Assembly: GCA_964016885.1 (NCBI GenBank)
Contig: OZ024742.1
Coordinates: 290,594,001-290,658,000, forward strand
Length of the DNA: 64,000 bases
Direction: 5' to 3'
Source of the DNA: Eledone cirrhosa
Lineage: Eukaryota
Part shown: one piece after another, positions 25,190 to 37,058 of the stretch
Layout: every line of letters starts with the position of its first letter
How positions within the stretch are numbered: position 1 is the first letter of the stretch
The notes under the pieces: model-generated
Databases searched by the model: none
What the model saw: only the letters and a program-made list of their open reading frames with translations
What the model was told of the DNA's origin: nothing
Position numbers and translations under genes: made by a program

Positions 25190-26610
25190 GATCTTTTTCC
25201 AGTTAGCCTTGTAGAAGTTAAGGCTTGATAAGTTCCCGGTGCTTCTTGATGGTTGTGTCTCTGTTGACTCTCTCGGACCACATATCATTAGTTCTACTAA
25301 GTTATGATCTGAGAAAATCGTTGGTGTCACCTTTACATTGTGGATGAGCACTGCATTGTTTGTAAAGCAGAGATCCAGGATATACTCGCCTCTTGTTGGG
25401 AGGAATACTGCCTGTTCCATGAACAGCCTGTGTGTATAGGCTAGCAGGGACTCCGTCTGTCTCTGTTCTAGTGATGTCATTCCAAGGAGGAGGTGGCCCT
25501 CAGGCCATTTGACCTTTGGCAGGTTAAAGTCTCCCAGCAGCAGAATGTTGAGAACCTGGTCCAGTTTGTCAAGGACCTCTTCTATCTTTCTGAGGCTATC
25601 CTCAAATTTACCCTCTTGACTAGGGGCATCGGGTTGCCGATATGTGACACATATTACAGTTTTTAGTTGATCCATATGTACTATCAGTGTGTAACAGACT
25701 GAGTTTGAATGTGTCAACAGTACAAAGGGTGTGACATCTTCATGGATATACAGAGCAACCCCACCATGAGATCTCTCCTTCCTGTCTGAACGAAATACAG
25801 TATATTTTGGTAGATGTATTTCCGCATCTGCTATACTGCTTGTCTGGTGCGTTTTGGTTAGTGCCATGCATATTGCTTAATTGCTTATGGCTAAGTCTCT
25901 CAGGTAGGAAATTGTACTTATGTTAGTGTGTTTCATCAGACCTCTGACATTCAACAGCAGCACTGGTGTCACATTAGGGGTGTCAGCAATGGCTGTCAGT
26001 GTGGCACCTGGCCTGGTGTCAGCAGCAGCCACCCTGGGTCCCTTAATTGTGGTGGTCTCGAGTTCTGGTGTGAGTGACCCTGGCTCTAAAAACGATGCAG
26101 CCAGGTCAGTTGCCCCACAATCCTCTTCGCCATCTCTATAAAATCTTTTGCTCTGCTTCCACCGTCTGTATCTCATCTGCATATGCGTGCATCGGTTCTG
26201 GTTTTGGCTGGGGCATTTTGTGTGAGTAGGTTGGGCGTAGCTCACTTGGGGCCTGGGGTAAGTGAATCTACAGCCTGTCTCTGTTTCTCCATGCCAGCAG
26301 GTCCCGTTCCTGAAGAACTTGTATGTAACCTGGGTTTTCTTGCTCCCAGTGTCTCAGTGCCTTCTGTTCTTCCTTTGGGCAGTTGTCCACTGGTCCATTT
26401 CTGCTTGGTTATCTTTTGGAGGGGGATTTCGCTTCTCACCTTTACCGCTTGCTTGTTAGTTGCTCGGCCTGCCTTCCTTGACTGTGGCGGCAGATATCTC
26501 ATTTGCTTTCAGGTCCTTGTTTGTGCTTTCTTCCTTTTCTTTTTCTTTCTCCCCGTTTTTCTCTTCCTTGAGTACACGGATTAGCATGGCCATGTGTGGC
26601 GCTATGAGGA
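25190..26610 (-). mobile_element. CR1-group LINE fragment (ORF1 remnant and APE endonuclease)
   Basis: LLLNVRGL, YTVFRSDRKERSHGGVALYI, LLGDFNLPKVKW, PTRGEYILDLCFTN, SDHNLV, NFYKANW. Confidence 0.85.
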
Positions 26611-26769
26611 CTTAGGCCCTCTCAATTTCTCTTCTTTTTCTGTCTATTTGCGTGAAAGTCCTCAGAAAGCCATGGTTCTTCAGAGTCTCCGCAATCTTTT
26701 TGGTTGGTGAGTAATTTAAGGAGCGATTTAGATATATATATGTATATATATGTATATATATATATATAT

Positions 26770-26958
26770 GTCCTGGGGTCCCTATCATTCCACTGCAAAG
26801 TGGTCGTGTAGGCGCCACTGAAAAAAAGCACCCAGTACTCACAGTAATTGAGGTTGGTGTTAGGAAGGGCATCCAGCTGTAGAAATCAAGCCAGAATCAG
26901 TTCCCGTCCAACCCTTGCAACCAGGGAAAAGCGGACCTAAAATGATGACGATGATGAT
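26770..26958 (+). mobile_element. 5'-truncated SINE with RTE-derived tail
   Basis: Matches the 3' half of 33801-34127 and ends in (GAT)n. Confidence 0.8.
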
Positions 26959-27260
26959 ATATATATGTATATGTATATATATATGTATGTATATGTATAT
27001 ATATATAAACGGAAATTTCATTTCCCACTCTTAGTACGGCTGTTACTTAAATATAAGTATGTATATGTACATACATATATGTATACAGACGTACAGTAGT
27101 ATGTATATATATATATACATACATGCACACATATATATATGTACGTATAGATTCACCAAACATTTATTATAATGCTTGATGTGTTTGTAAACAAACATCC
27201 CGTATTAAGCCGTAGTGTCTAGCAACCACCGTTGCTCGTTTTTTCAACACTGACAAAGAA

Positions 27261-27303
27261 ACGCTGTACTAGTTTCAAGCTTGTTAGCTATCATCAGCAA
27301 TGT
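27261..27303 (-). ncRNA. Type I hammerhead ribozyme, left monomer
   Basis: Minus strand UUG-CUGAUGA-U-AGCU(AACA)AGCU-U-GAAAC-UA-GUA-CAG: intact core, GUA cleavage triplet, palindromic ACUAGU stem III. Confidence 0.75.
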
Positions 27304-27705
27304 ATACCTTCCTGCCAGATAGTTGAACGTCCAAAAGTATATACTTTCCTTATGCATATTAACGGCTGAGTAGCCCAATTTGCATATCGAGTGGGTTAAT
27401 CGGCCAGGTGCACCGAAAACGATAAATGGAAAAAATGAAACGTAATTTCATTTCCCACTCTTAGTATATATATATACATACTACTGTACGTCTGTATACA
27501 TATATGTATGTACGTATACATACTTATATTTAAGTAACAGCCGTACTAAGAGTGGGAAATGAAATTTCATTTCATTTTTCCGTTTGTCATTTTCGGTGCA
27601 CCCGGCCGATTAACCCACTCTATATGCAAATTGGGCTACTCAGCCGTTAATATGCATAAGGAAAGTATATACTTTCGGACATTCAACTATCTGGTAGGAA
27701 GGTAT

Positions 27706-27748
27706 ACGTTGCTGATGATAGCTAACAAGCTTGAAAATAGTACATCGT
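27706..27748 (+). ncRNA. Type I hammerhead ribozyme, right monomer (one stem III substitution)
   Basis: ACGUUG-CUGAUGA-U-AGCU(AACA)AGCU-U-GAAAA-UA-GUA-CAUCGU. Confidence 0.65.
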
Positions 27749-28213
27749 TTCTTTGTCAGTGTTGAACAAACGAGCAATGGTGGTTGCTAGACACTACGGC
27801 TTAATACGGGATGTTTGTTTACAAACACACCAAGCATTATAATAAATGTTTGGTGAATCCATACGTACATATATATATGTGTGCATGTATGTATATATAT
27901 ATATACATACTACTGTACGTCTGTATACATATATGTATGTACGTATACATACTTATATATATATATATATGTATATGTATACATATATATGTATGTATAT
28001 GTATATATATATATGTATATATATATATGTATATGTATATATATATATGTATATGTATATATATATGTATATATGTAGATGTATATATATATATGTAGAT
28101 GTATATATATATATATATATGTATATGTATATATATATGTATATATATATATGTATATGTATATATATATGTATATGTATATATATATGTATATATATAT
28201 GTATATGTATATG

Positions 28214-28286
<73 letters not shown>

Positions 28287-28446
28287 GTATATATATTCAT
28301 ATATATATGTATATATATTCATATATATATGTATATATATTTATATATATATGTATATATATTTATATATGTATATATATTTATATATATATGTATATAT
28401 ATTTATATTTATATATATACGTATATATATATATATGTATATGCAT

Positions 28447-28504
<58 letters not shown>

Positions 28505-28623
28505 GTATATGTATATATATACAATATATTAAGAAATGAAAACTATATTTATAAAACCATATTTATTTCATTATACATATTTCAAGGGCCACCAGAGCAA
28601 ACTATGGTATCCCAACAAATTAA

Positions 28624-28661
<38 letters not shown>

Positions 28662-28664
28662 ATA

Positions 28665-29056
28665 TAATAGGAACCAGTAAGACCCCGACAGCTGAGCTCA
28701 AGCCGTTTCGATGGCTTTAGCCGTCGAAACGGCTTGAGCTCAGCTGTCGGGGTCTTACTGGTTCCTATTACCCACTCTACTACCCCAAGTATTGAGTACT
28801 TTGGTGCGTTATGGTCCACCTGGTTCCTTACCACATTTCCTTCGTTATATATATATATATAGATATAGGAACGAGTAGGACCCCTACGGCTGAGCTCAAG
28901 CCATTTCAATGGCTAATTCTGGACTAAATGCCGTCGAAACGGGTTGAGCTCAGCCGTCGGCGTCCTACTCGTTCATATTACCCACTCTACTACCCTAAGT
29001 ATTGAGTACTTTGGTGCGTAATGGTCCACCTGCTTCCTTACCACATTTCCTTCGTT
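28665..29056 (+). mobile_element. Two tandem foldback copies of a small (TA)n-associated repeat carrying the 3' half of a hammerhead
   Basis: Near-perfect palindrome 28665-28770 and an imperfect one at 28866-28978, each followed by the same ~75-bp tail. Contains GAAAC-GGC(T)..AGCC-GTC-GG, with substitutions in each copy. Confidence 0.75.
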
Positions 29057-29070
29057 TTATATATATATAT

Positions 29071-29101
<31 letters not shown>

Positions 29102-29200
29102 CATACATACATGTATGTATGTATGTATGTATGTATGTATGTATGTATGTATGTATGTATGTATATATATATAGAGAGAGAGATAATAATAATAATAATA

Positions 29201-29239
<39 letters not shown>

Positions 29240-29270
29240 AAAGAATAGAGGTGTAACACACAAGTTATTA

Positions 29271-30372
29271 TATATTGGTAAACGGAATAGAAAATGCTAA
29301 CAAATTGTTCACAGTTGAAAAATGGTTTAATTAGGAATAAAAGAGTATTAGTGATTGTATGGGTTAGTATTCAGTTGTGGTTTTAAGTTTTTAAGTTTTT
29401 ACCGGTTGCGCATTTCTAAATGCTTTTCAAAAATAATTTTGAGATAGAGTGTCCGTACTGTTTGCTCTGATCTGATTAGTTTTGGGAATTCTACCTGTTT
29501 TTATGTTAAAAAAGTGGCTCCAATTTGCAAAAATTCTTGTGGTCAAGATAATTTTGATTGGTCGGTAGAGGTCATGTGAATGTAAAAAATTGATTTTGCG
29601 CCAAGACTAAAAACAGCCTCCGCCAACGCATGACTGTCCATAGATCCCAAATCAAAATACGGGAATACAGGAAAATACCACTGAGTGAACACATTGATAC
29701 CTGTGCCGCCCAAAATCATCCCAACTTCAGAATCTTTCCCCTCTACAAATTTAAAGATAATGCCACCCACACCCAGCACATCAGCAACGAATCTTACTTC
29801 ATTAACAAATACGGACCCCGTCTAAACACTTCTCCCTAAGACGAACCCACAACATACACACGTCAACATACATACCTACATCAGCACACATCTCTACCCA
29901 CATATAAACACAATGACATACGTAAACACACATGCTCTATGGTGCAACACAAAAAAATATATGTGCATATATGTATATATGTATATATATATATATATAT
30001 ATATAGTGAATATATGTATGTGTATATATATATAGTGAATATCATTTCACACCTTTTTTTGTTAAGATTTTTGATGTTCTATTAAGAGAACCGATTTTAC
30101 TGAAAAAATCGAATAATGTACACCATTTTACCAGGGGGAAAAAAATACTGGTCCACCCACACACACACACACACACATATATACACACACACACATACAC
30201 ACGCGTACATCAACATACAAAGAGACTTATATATACACACACACACACACACACGCACTTCTCCGTATAAGACAAAAGCTGAAAAATATCTTTTGACATG
30301 CTAAAATACCCCCCATTGCTTTCAGACACATTCTTACTGACCATCCCTGCCACCACAAATTACTCTGCTATA

Positions 30373-30413
<41 letters not shown>

Positions 30414-30963
30414 TTATCTTAATAGCCATTTGACACACATCGCTGCTAACCATTATCACAACATCGAACACCTTACTACTACTACTACTACACACACACA
30501 CACGCACATATTTGTTGTGAAAGAGTCATTTCTCAATCTTGGCGCAAAACCAATTTTTTATTCACATGACCTCTACCGACCAATCAAAATTGTTTTGACC
30601 ACAAGAATTTTTGCTGGAGCCACTTTTTTAACATAAAAACAGTCTTGGCGCAAAATCAATTTTTTACATTCACATGACCTCTACCGACCAATCAAAATTG
30701 TCTTGACCACAAGAATTTTTGCAAATTGGAGCCACTTTTTTAACATAAAAACAGGTAGAATTCCCAAAACTAATCAGATCAGAGCAAACAGCACGGACAC
30801 TCTATCTCAAAATTATTTTTGAAAAGCATTTAGAAATGCGCAACCGGTAAAAACTTAAAACCACAACTGAATACTAACCCATACAATCACTAATACTCTT
30901 TTATTCCTAATTAAACCATTTTCCAACTGTGGACAATTTGTCAGCATTTTCTATTCCGTTTAC

Positions 30964-30970
<7 letters not shown>
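29271..30970. mobile_element. ~330-bp inverted repeats flanking a Penelope GIY-YIG C-terminal fragment
   Basis: 29271-29607 is the reverse complement of 30641-30970, with a partial extra copy at 30537-30641. ORF 29630-29839 (+) reads RQRMTVHRSQIK...SEHIDTCA...FRIFPLYK...ESYFINKYGPRLN. Confidence 0.8.
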
Positions 30971-31036
<66 letters not shown>

Positions 31037-31039
<3 letters not shown>

Positions 31040-33745
31040 TCATCATCATCATCATCACCGTTTTACGTCCGTTCTTCCACGCTAGCATGGGTTAGACGGG
31101 TTGTCCTGTTGTGGGCAGTGTCTGGTCGGCTGACCATGCCTTGCTCATACAGGAACTGATCTGGCTTGATTTCTACAGCTGGATGCCCTTCCTAACACCA
31201 ACCTCATTTACAGTGAGTGCTGGGTGCTTTTTCGTGGCGCCTACACGTCCACTTTACAGTGTGGGCTGGGTGCTTTTTTGCCGTGGCACCTCCACGACCA
31301 CCTTGCGGTGGGGGGGGGGGGCATATTGTTTATATGCTTCAGCATGTACCCATGGGAGGTCGGGTACCCTGTATTACTGCGTGACGCCAGAAGTCACGGT
31401 CGTGTGTCATTGACTTTGAGAGGTGTAGTTGGGTAAGGTCGGCTTTTATCACCTCATCCCAAGTCATCTTGGGTCTCCCCACTCCGCGGTTTCCATCAAC
31501 TTCTAGTGCTCTGCACCTTTTTATGCAGCTGTCATCCTTCATACGCATCACATGTCCATACCAGCGTAACCGCCTCTCCTGCACGCAGCATTTGATTCCT
31601 CTTATGCTCAGTCTCTCTCTCAATTCATTTATGCTTTGTCGTTCACGTATATTACTGTTACACATCCATCGGAGCATGCAGGCTTCGTTTCTCTCTAATC
31701 TACGTTAGTCTTCCACCTTCAGCGCCCAGGTCTCACTACCATGCAACATCGCTGTTCGGATACACGCATCATACAGTCTGCCTTTCATTCTGAGGGAGAA
31801 GCCTTTTGCAGCTAGCAGTGGTAGTAGTTCCCTAAACTTCTTCCATCCCGTTCTTACCCTAGTTATTGTACTTTCTGAGCACCCACCTCCGTTGCTAATT
31901 CGGTCACCTAGGTAGCAGAAGCTGTCTACTGTTTCTACAGGGCCCTCCCAGAGATTGGTGGTACTTGTTTCCTGTGGCTGTTTGCTTGCTGTTTCAGCAC
32001 AGCTGCTGCATGTGAATCCTACATTCTTAATTAAGCTTCCTGAGATCCCGCTACATCTCTTGTGTACCCATTGTTTGCATTTGGGGCAAAGAATGGAGTT
32101 CCTACCTACACCTTTCCTACATACTGAGCAAGGCCATTTCCCTGAGGGGATCTGGGTTCTGTTTTCTCGTCTACTTATAAGGACCTTAGTCTTTGTCATG
32201 TTGACTTTGAGGCCCTTTCTCTCTAGTCCCTGCTTCCAGGTTTGGAATTTATTCTCTAGTTCTACCATAGATTCAGCTATGAGTGCGAGGTCATCAGCAT
32301 ACAGGAGTTCCCATGGGCATCCGGTCTTAAACTCCTCCGTTATTGCCTGCAGGACTATGATGAACAGGAGAGGGCTAAGAACAGAGCCCTGGTGGACCCC
32401 AACCTGTACGCTAAATTCCTCGCTATACTCATTGCCAATCCTAACTTTGCTGACTGCTCCCCTATACATGGCTTGTACCGCTTTCACAAGCCATTCATCT
32501 ACTCCTAGTTTTCTAAGAGCCCACCAGATTACTGCACGTGGAACTCTGTCAAAGGCTTTCTCAAGGTCGACAAATGCCAAGTAGAGTGGCTTACTTTTAG
32601 CTAGGTACTTTTCCTGTAATTGCCTCACAAGGAAGAGCGCATCAGTGGTGCCTTTCCCTGGAACAAACCCAAATTGCATCTCGTCTATATTCACCCGGTC
32701 CCTAATCAGCTGTGCTATAACTCTTTCTGTTACTTTCATGACCTGGTCCATCAACTTTATACCTCTATAGTTTCCTCTATCTAGTGCATCGCCTTTACCT
32801 TTGTAGCAGTTGACAATGATGCTACTGCACCAATCTTTTGGTATGGCCCCCTCTAGTATTACCTGGTTAACGATACGTGTGGTTATAGTGTGACCTACAG
32901 ACCCAGATGCCTTCAGCATCTCGGCAGCTATACCCGATGGACCGGTTGCCTTCCCTATCTTCATATCTCTGATTGCCTTACTTACTACGCTGCCGCTGAC
33001 TTGTACTGCTGGTCCCTCTATAGGGTCTACGTGGGGTAGGGTCTCTTCTTCCCATGCATTCTCCTCATTTAGTAATCTATCATAATGACTCTTCCATGCA
33101 TCTTTCTTCTCAGCACTTGTGAGGGCAAGCTCACCTTTATCATTCCGGATACACTTCTCTCCAATGACATCACAACTATCTCTGACACACTGCCTCGCAA
33201 TCTTGAATACCTCCTGTTTCTGGTCCTCACGTTGTAAAACATGCTTGAATTTTCTATCCTCTGCTTCCCTCCTAGCTAAGTATACTTGTCGCCTAGCTTC
33301 CCTCTTGGTCTCTATGTAATGTACCCTGCTCCCCCCGTTCTTCCATTCTTTCCATGCCTGTCTCTTGGCCTTGACTGCTTCATCTACCTTATTGTTCCAC
33401 CACCAAGTCACTCTCCTCCTGCTTGAGGTCTTACTCCAGCCACAAACCTCATCCGTCGCCTCTAGTAAGTTATTTTTTAGGAACTCCCAGTTCTCTTCTA
33501 CGTTAAATGTCTCTATCTGTTCTTCTTTACTGTCGTAGGCGTTGAGTAAAATATCTTTAAATCTGTTACTGGTTGAGGGGACTTTCAGCTTCCAGATCTT
33601 TCTTCTCCAGGTTGGCCTCTGTTTCAGGGCTCGTCTAGTTCTGACCGTGAGGTCGCTGACAACTAAGCTATGTTGGGATGTACATTCCTCACTAGGGAAG
33701 GCTTTTGTGTTTACGACCGTCCATCTGTCACGTCCTCTGATGAGA
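31037..33745 (-). mobile_element. Young 5'-truncated RTE LINE with intact RT domain
   Basis: 568-aa ORF 31705-33411 with YRGIKL, FVDLEKAFDRVP, HQGSVLSP, YADD and a PHD-like finger. A single TTA>TAA stop at 31705-31707 relative to the 23207 copy; (GAT)n tail. Confidence 0.95.
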
Positions 33746-33754
33746 ATAAAATCT

Positions 33755-33800
<46 letters not shown>

Positions 33801-33803
<3 letters not shown>

Positions 33804-34127
33804 AGGCACATGGCTTAGTGGTTAGAGCATTGGCCTGGATCGAAAGGTTGTGAGTTCAATTATCAGACCAGGTGATGTGTTGTTTCCTTGAGCAAGACAC
33901 TTTATTTCACATTGCTCCAGTTTACTCAGCTGTAGAAATGAGATGATAGGGACTGGGGACCGTATCATTCCACTGCAAAGTGGTCGTGGAGGTGCCACGG
34001 CAAAAAAGCATCCAGCACTCACTGTAAATGATGTTCGTGATAGGAAGGGCATCCAGCTGTAGAAATCAAGCCAGAATCAGTTTTCGTTCCACCCTTGCAA
34101 GCAGAGAAAATGAAATGAAATGATGAT
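33801..34127 (+). mobile_element. Full-length tRNA-derived SINE (Ceph/OR1-like) with RTE 3' tail
   Basis: Box A-like TGGCTTAGTGG, box B-like GAGTTCAATT, central CCTTGAGCAAGACACTTTATTTCACATTGCTCCAG domain, tail shared with the RTE 3' UTR, (GAT)n end. Confidence 0.85.
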
Positions 34128-34929
34128 ATATATATATATTAGGATTGGTGCTCAGAAATAGTGTTGTATACATGAATGTATGTATAGTATATTTGGCAAT
34201 ATACCGTATGTTTAATTAAAAACATTTAGTAGACCATACGCTATCAGTTTTAAAGTAGTGATTATGTCACTTCTTTTCGGTGAAAGAAGGGAGAGAAGCT
34301 GACAGTCTGTTTCACGCTACATACAAAGCCACGTACTCCCCTGCTTCCGTCGGAAATTATAGAAGCTGGATTTTTATAGAATTCCAGTAATAATCAGGAG
34401 CTGATTATACAGAATGATTGCTGGTCCTTTCAAAACTTTCAAAACTATTGGTATAGGTCTGACAAACCAATGTTTTATGTGGCTGTTTCAAGGACTGGAA
34501 TTTCAAAATATCTCTACATTTTAGCCAATCAAAGAAAGACAAGAAATGTTGTTTACCCCGAAGTTCTTCATTAGGAAAGTATGAAATATATTTTCATGTA
34601 TTTATTATGTTAAAAAATAAATAACTAAACTTTGAATTTCTAATTTGAAAATAATGCTTTACACAAAAATGAAATGATCAAATTTTGAATTGATATTTTG
34701 AAAAAAATTATTTACAAGAAACAAAATAAGAATAAGATTTAATAATGTAATTTTGATTTGATATATTACAAAAAATAATGTTTTCCAATTTTTCATGCAT
34801 TACATTTTACATTGAGTAATATTGAAATGCAGAGTTTTTCTTCGTAAATTATATCACTGATTTAAAATCAATCATCATTTTCTTACAAAAAAAATGTGAA
34901 ATGCACCATGACACGGGTAATTCGGCTAG
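34128..34929 (+). mobile_element. Probable non-autonomous Helitron
   Basis: Degenerate hairpin (CCATG..CACGGG) followed by CTAG|T at 34926-34929; the 5' end is approximate, in a TA-rich tract. Confidence 0.45.
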
Positions 34930-35489
34930 TGTGTGTATATGTATATATATATATAAGCACAGGCATGACTGTGTAGTTAAGGAATTTGCCAGCATTTGGG
35001 ACTGCATTATTCTCATTTAGATTACTCTGAAGTCTCAGTAGGACACTGTAGGTGCCGTTCTAAATTTCCTTCTTCATAGCCCATTTCTTTAATTGAAAGA
35101 CTTTGAATCACTGTATTGTTTTGAATCTTACCTATTTCTTAATATTATCAACCAGCTACCATGTGGACTGCTTTGTTAGAACTTTGCAGTTGACATCAGG
35201 AAATGATTGCCTGCCTGATAGAAATTTCAGAACAAATAACAACTGCATTCCATCATCTGCTTTGAGGATATCTTTGTCCTTTCTCCTATGGGGACCCTAA
35301 AAAGTGTCATAGGTACTGTCATTTCTCAATAAATTAATCTACCATCTCCTTGATTATGCTGCAAAACCTGCTCCTAAAATTTGTTTGCAAATTAATTTTT
35401 GTTTTTACACATCAAACTCTTCTACCATAAAATGCCTATACAAAGAAAATAATTTTATTTAATTAAATATATTTTTTTTAATTATCTAG

Positions 35490-36467
35490 TTGTGCAGGAA
35501 GTATGTTGCAGAGAACATTGGTTGAATGGTATGGAATTACATGTTCAACCTGTGAAAAATACCAGCCCTGTGACAAATATGCATGAAATTCTTTTACCTA
35601 GTAAATTCCACACCCTTTTCTTCAAACAACATGAAGACATTGTTAATGATAAACTGACACATTTGGCTAAGGTGATTTGGAAACGTTGTCGGTTAAATAC
35701 GTTAGTTTTAGAATACAACAAAGAAAATTCTGAGAAAATCCATCAATATTTGCAAGAGTTATTAAGCTCCGTCACTGTTGAAGTTGTTGATATTGCAGCC
35801 TCTATTTTCAACAACATAGTTGAATCGTTTAAGAAGAAACTAGATATGAAATGTATTTACTTTGACCATGAAAATTTCCAAGCCAATATTATAGGATTTA
35901 ATAAAAGCTGGGTGATTGAGAAGAAGAATTATCTTTTGAGCTTTCTTATACATGAGGATAAATTGAACATTCATGAAAAAGATAATTTGTTAGGTCTTGA
36001 TTATTTTAAGATGGAAAAAGAATTTAAAGGATTAGTAATCAAAGTTGATTTAGATAAACTTGTTTGTGATGGTTACAGTCCTCAAATAAATGAATGTCGA
36101 CAAAAGGTGTCAGAAGTTGTTAAATCAATAGAAAGTTCTAAAGTGTCTTTACCATTGAATACTGGAATGATTAACAATAAGAGATATTTCAGAAAGTATA
36201 TTAGCTCTTTGGTAAATGAACTATATGTTTATGGGGAATGGCTGAAGAAATGTTTCAATAAAAATCCATTAAATACTAAGAGCATAATATCATTAGATCA
36301 AACTTTAAAAGATGAAACAGATGCAGTAGCAAGTTTTAAATACAAGAATTGTACAATCAATTTAATTGAGGATGATATCACAACCTTGAACACTGATGCC
36401 ATTGTTAATGCTGCCAATGGTAGATTGGAACATATTGGAGGACTTGCTGCAGATATTGTGAAGAAAG
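35490..36467 (+). CDS. PARP14/PARP9-like macro-PARP, exon C (end of RRM, KH-like region, start of macrodomain 1)
   Basis: 978-nt open exon, ctag acceptor, G|GTTAGT donor, phase 1-1. Starts VVQEVCCREHWLNGMELHVQP (completes the RRM of exon B) and ends INLIEDDITTLNTDAIVNAANGRLEHIGGLAADIVKKG. Confidence 0.92.
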
Positions 36468-36492
36468 GTTAGTGTTAATATTTTATAATTAA

Positions 36493-36969
36493 CCCTTAAT
36501 ACCAACCTGCCCCAAACTACTTCTGGTCCTATACATCCATTTTAAAGAGTTCCTATTTAAATTAATATCTTTCAGCATAATTTTATATAAAAACTATGTT
36601 AAGTTACTATCTTAGTAATGAAATAATTTTAGTAAATCCCTCAAAATTTTTAATTAATTGACATATAAGATTCCCATTTAAATAAATATCTTCCAACATA
36701 ATTTTCTATAAGATCTGTATGTTAAATTACTATCTTAGTCATGAAATAATTAATAATTTTGGCAAATCCCTCAAACTTCTTCATTAATTAGCTGAAATAC
36801 AGGGTTCCTTTTTGCATTAATATCTTCTAAAATATTTTTTATATATATACCATATGTTAAGTTACTATGTTAGTAATTAAATAATTAAACATTTTTGTAA
36901 ATCCTTCCAAATTCTTCATGAACTTATTGAAATAGAATGTATTTCATTGGAAATATGGCCATGAAAGGG
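36493..36969. mobile_element. AT-rich TTAA-flanked (piggyBac-type) MITE with internal tandem subunits
   Basis: TTAA|CCCTT...AAGGG|TTAA. Related pieces occur at about 4810-5220, 41950-42160, 42780-42965, 53780-54170 and 61038-61170. Confidence 0.65.
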
Positions 36970-37058
36970 TTAACCTTTCACTAACAGCTGATTCTCCATA
37001 GTGACTGTTAACCACTTTTACCATCTCTAGAATATTTTACCCAATTTTTGAAGCTGTT

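Larger units (their letters stand above)
27014..27955. mobile_element. Inverted pair of circularly permuted ~430-bp hammerhead-containing monomers (candidate retrozyme or PLE pLTR)
   Basis: Left arm repeats AATTTCATTTCCCACTCTTAGTA at 27014 and 27444 (430 bp apart). Right arm is the reverse complement in a different phase and repeats CATACTACTGTACGTC at 27477 and 27906 (429 bp apart). Confidence 0.8.

Noticed and set aside
31705-33411. RT ORFs as retron, DGR or other prokaryotic defence RTs
   Set aside because: APE domains, tails and motif order identify ordinary non-LTR retrotransposons in spliceosomal introns.
33801-33870. tRNA-like sequence
   Set aside because: No complete cloverleaf; it is the SINE head and continues into the SINE body and tail.
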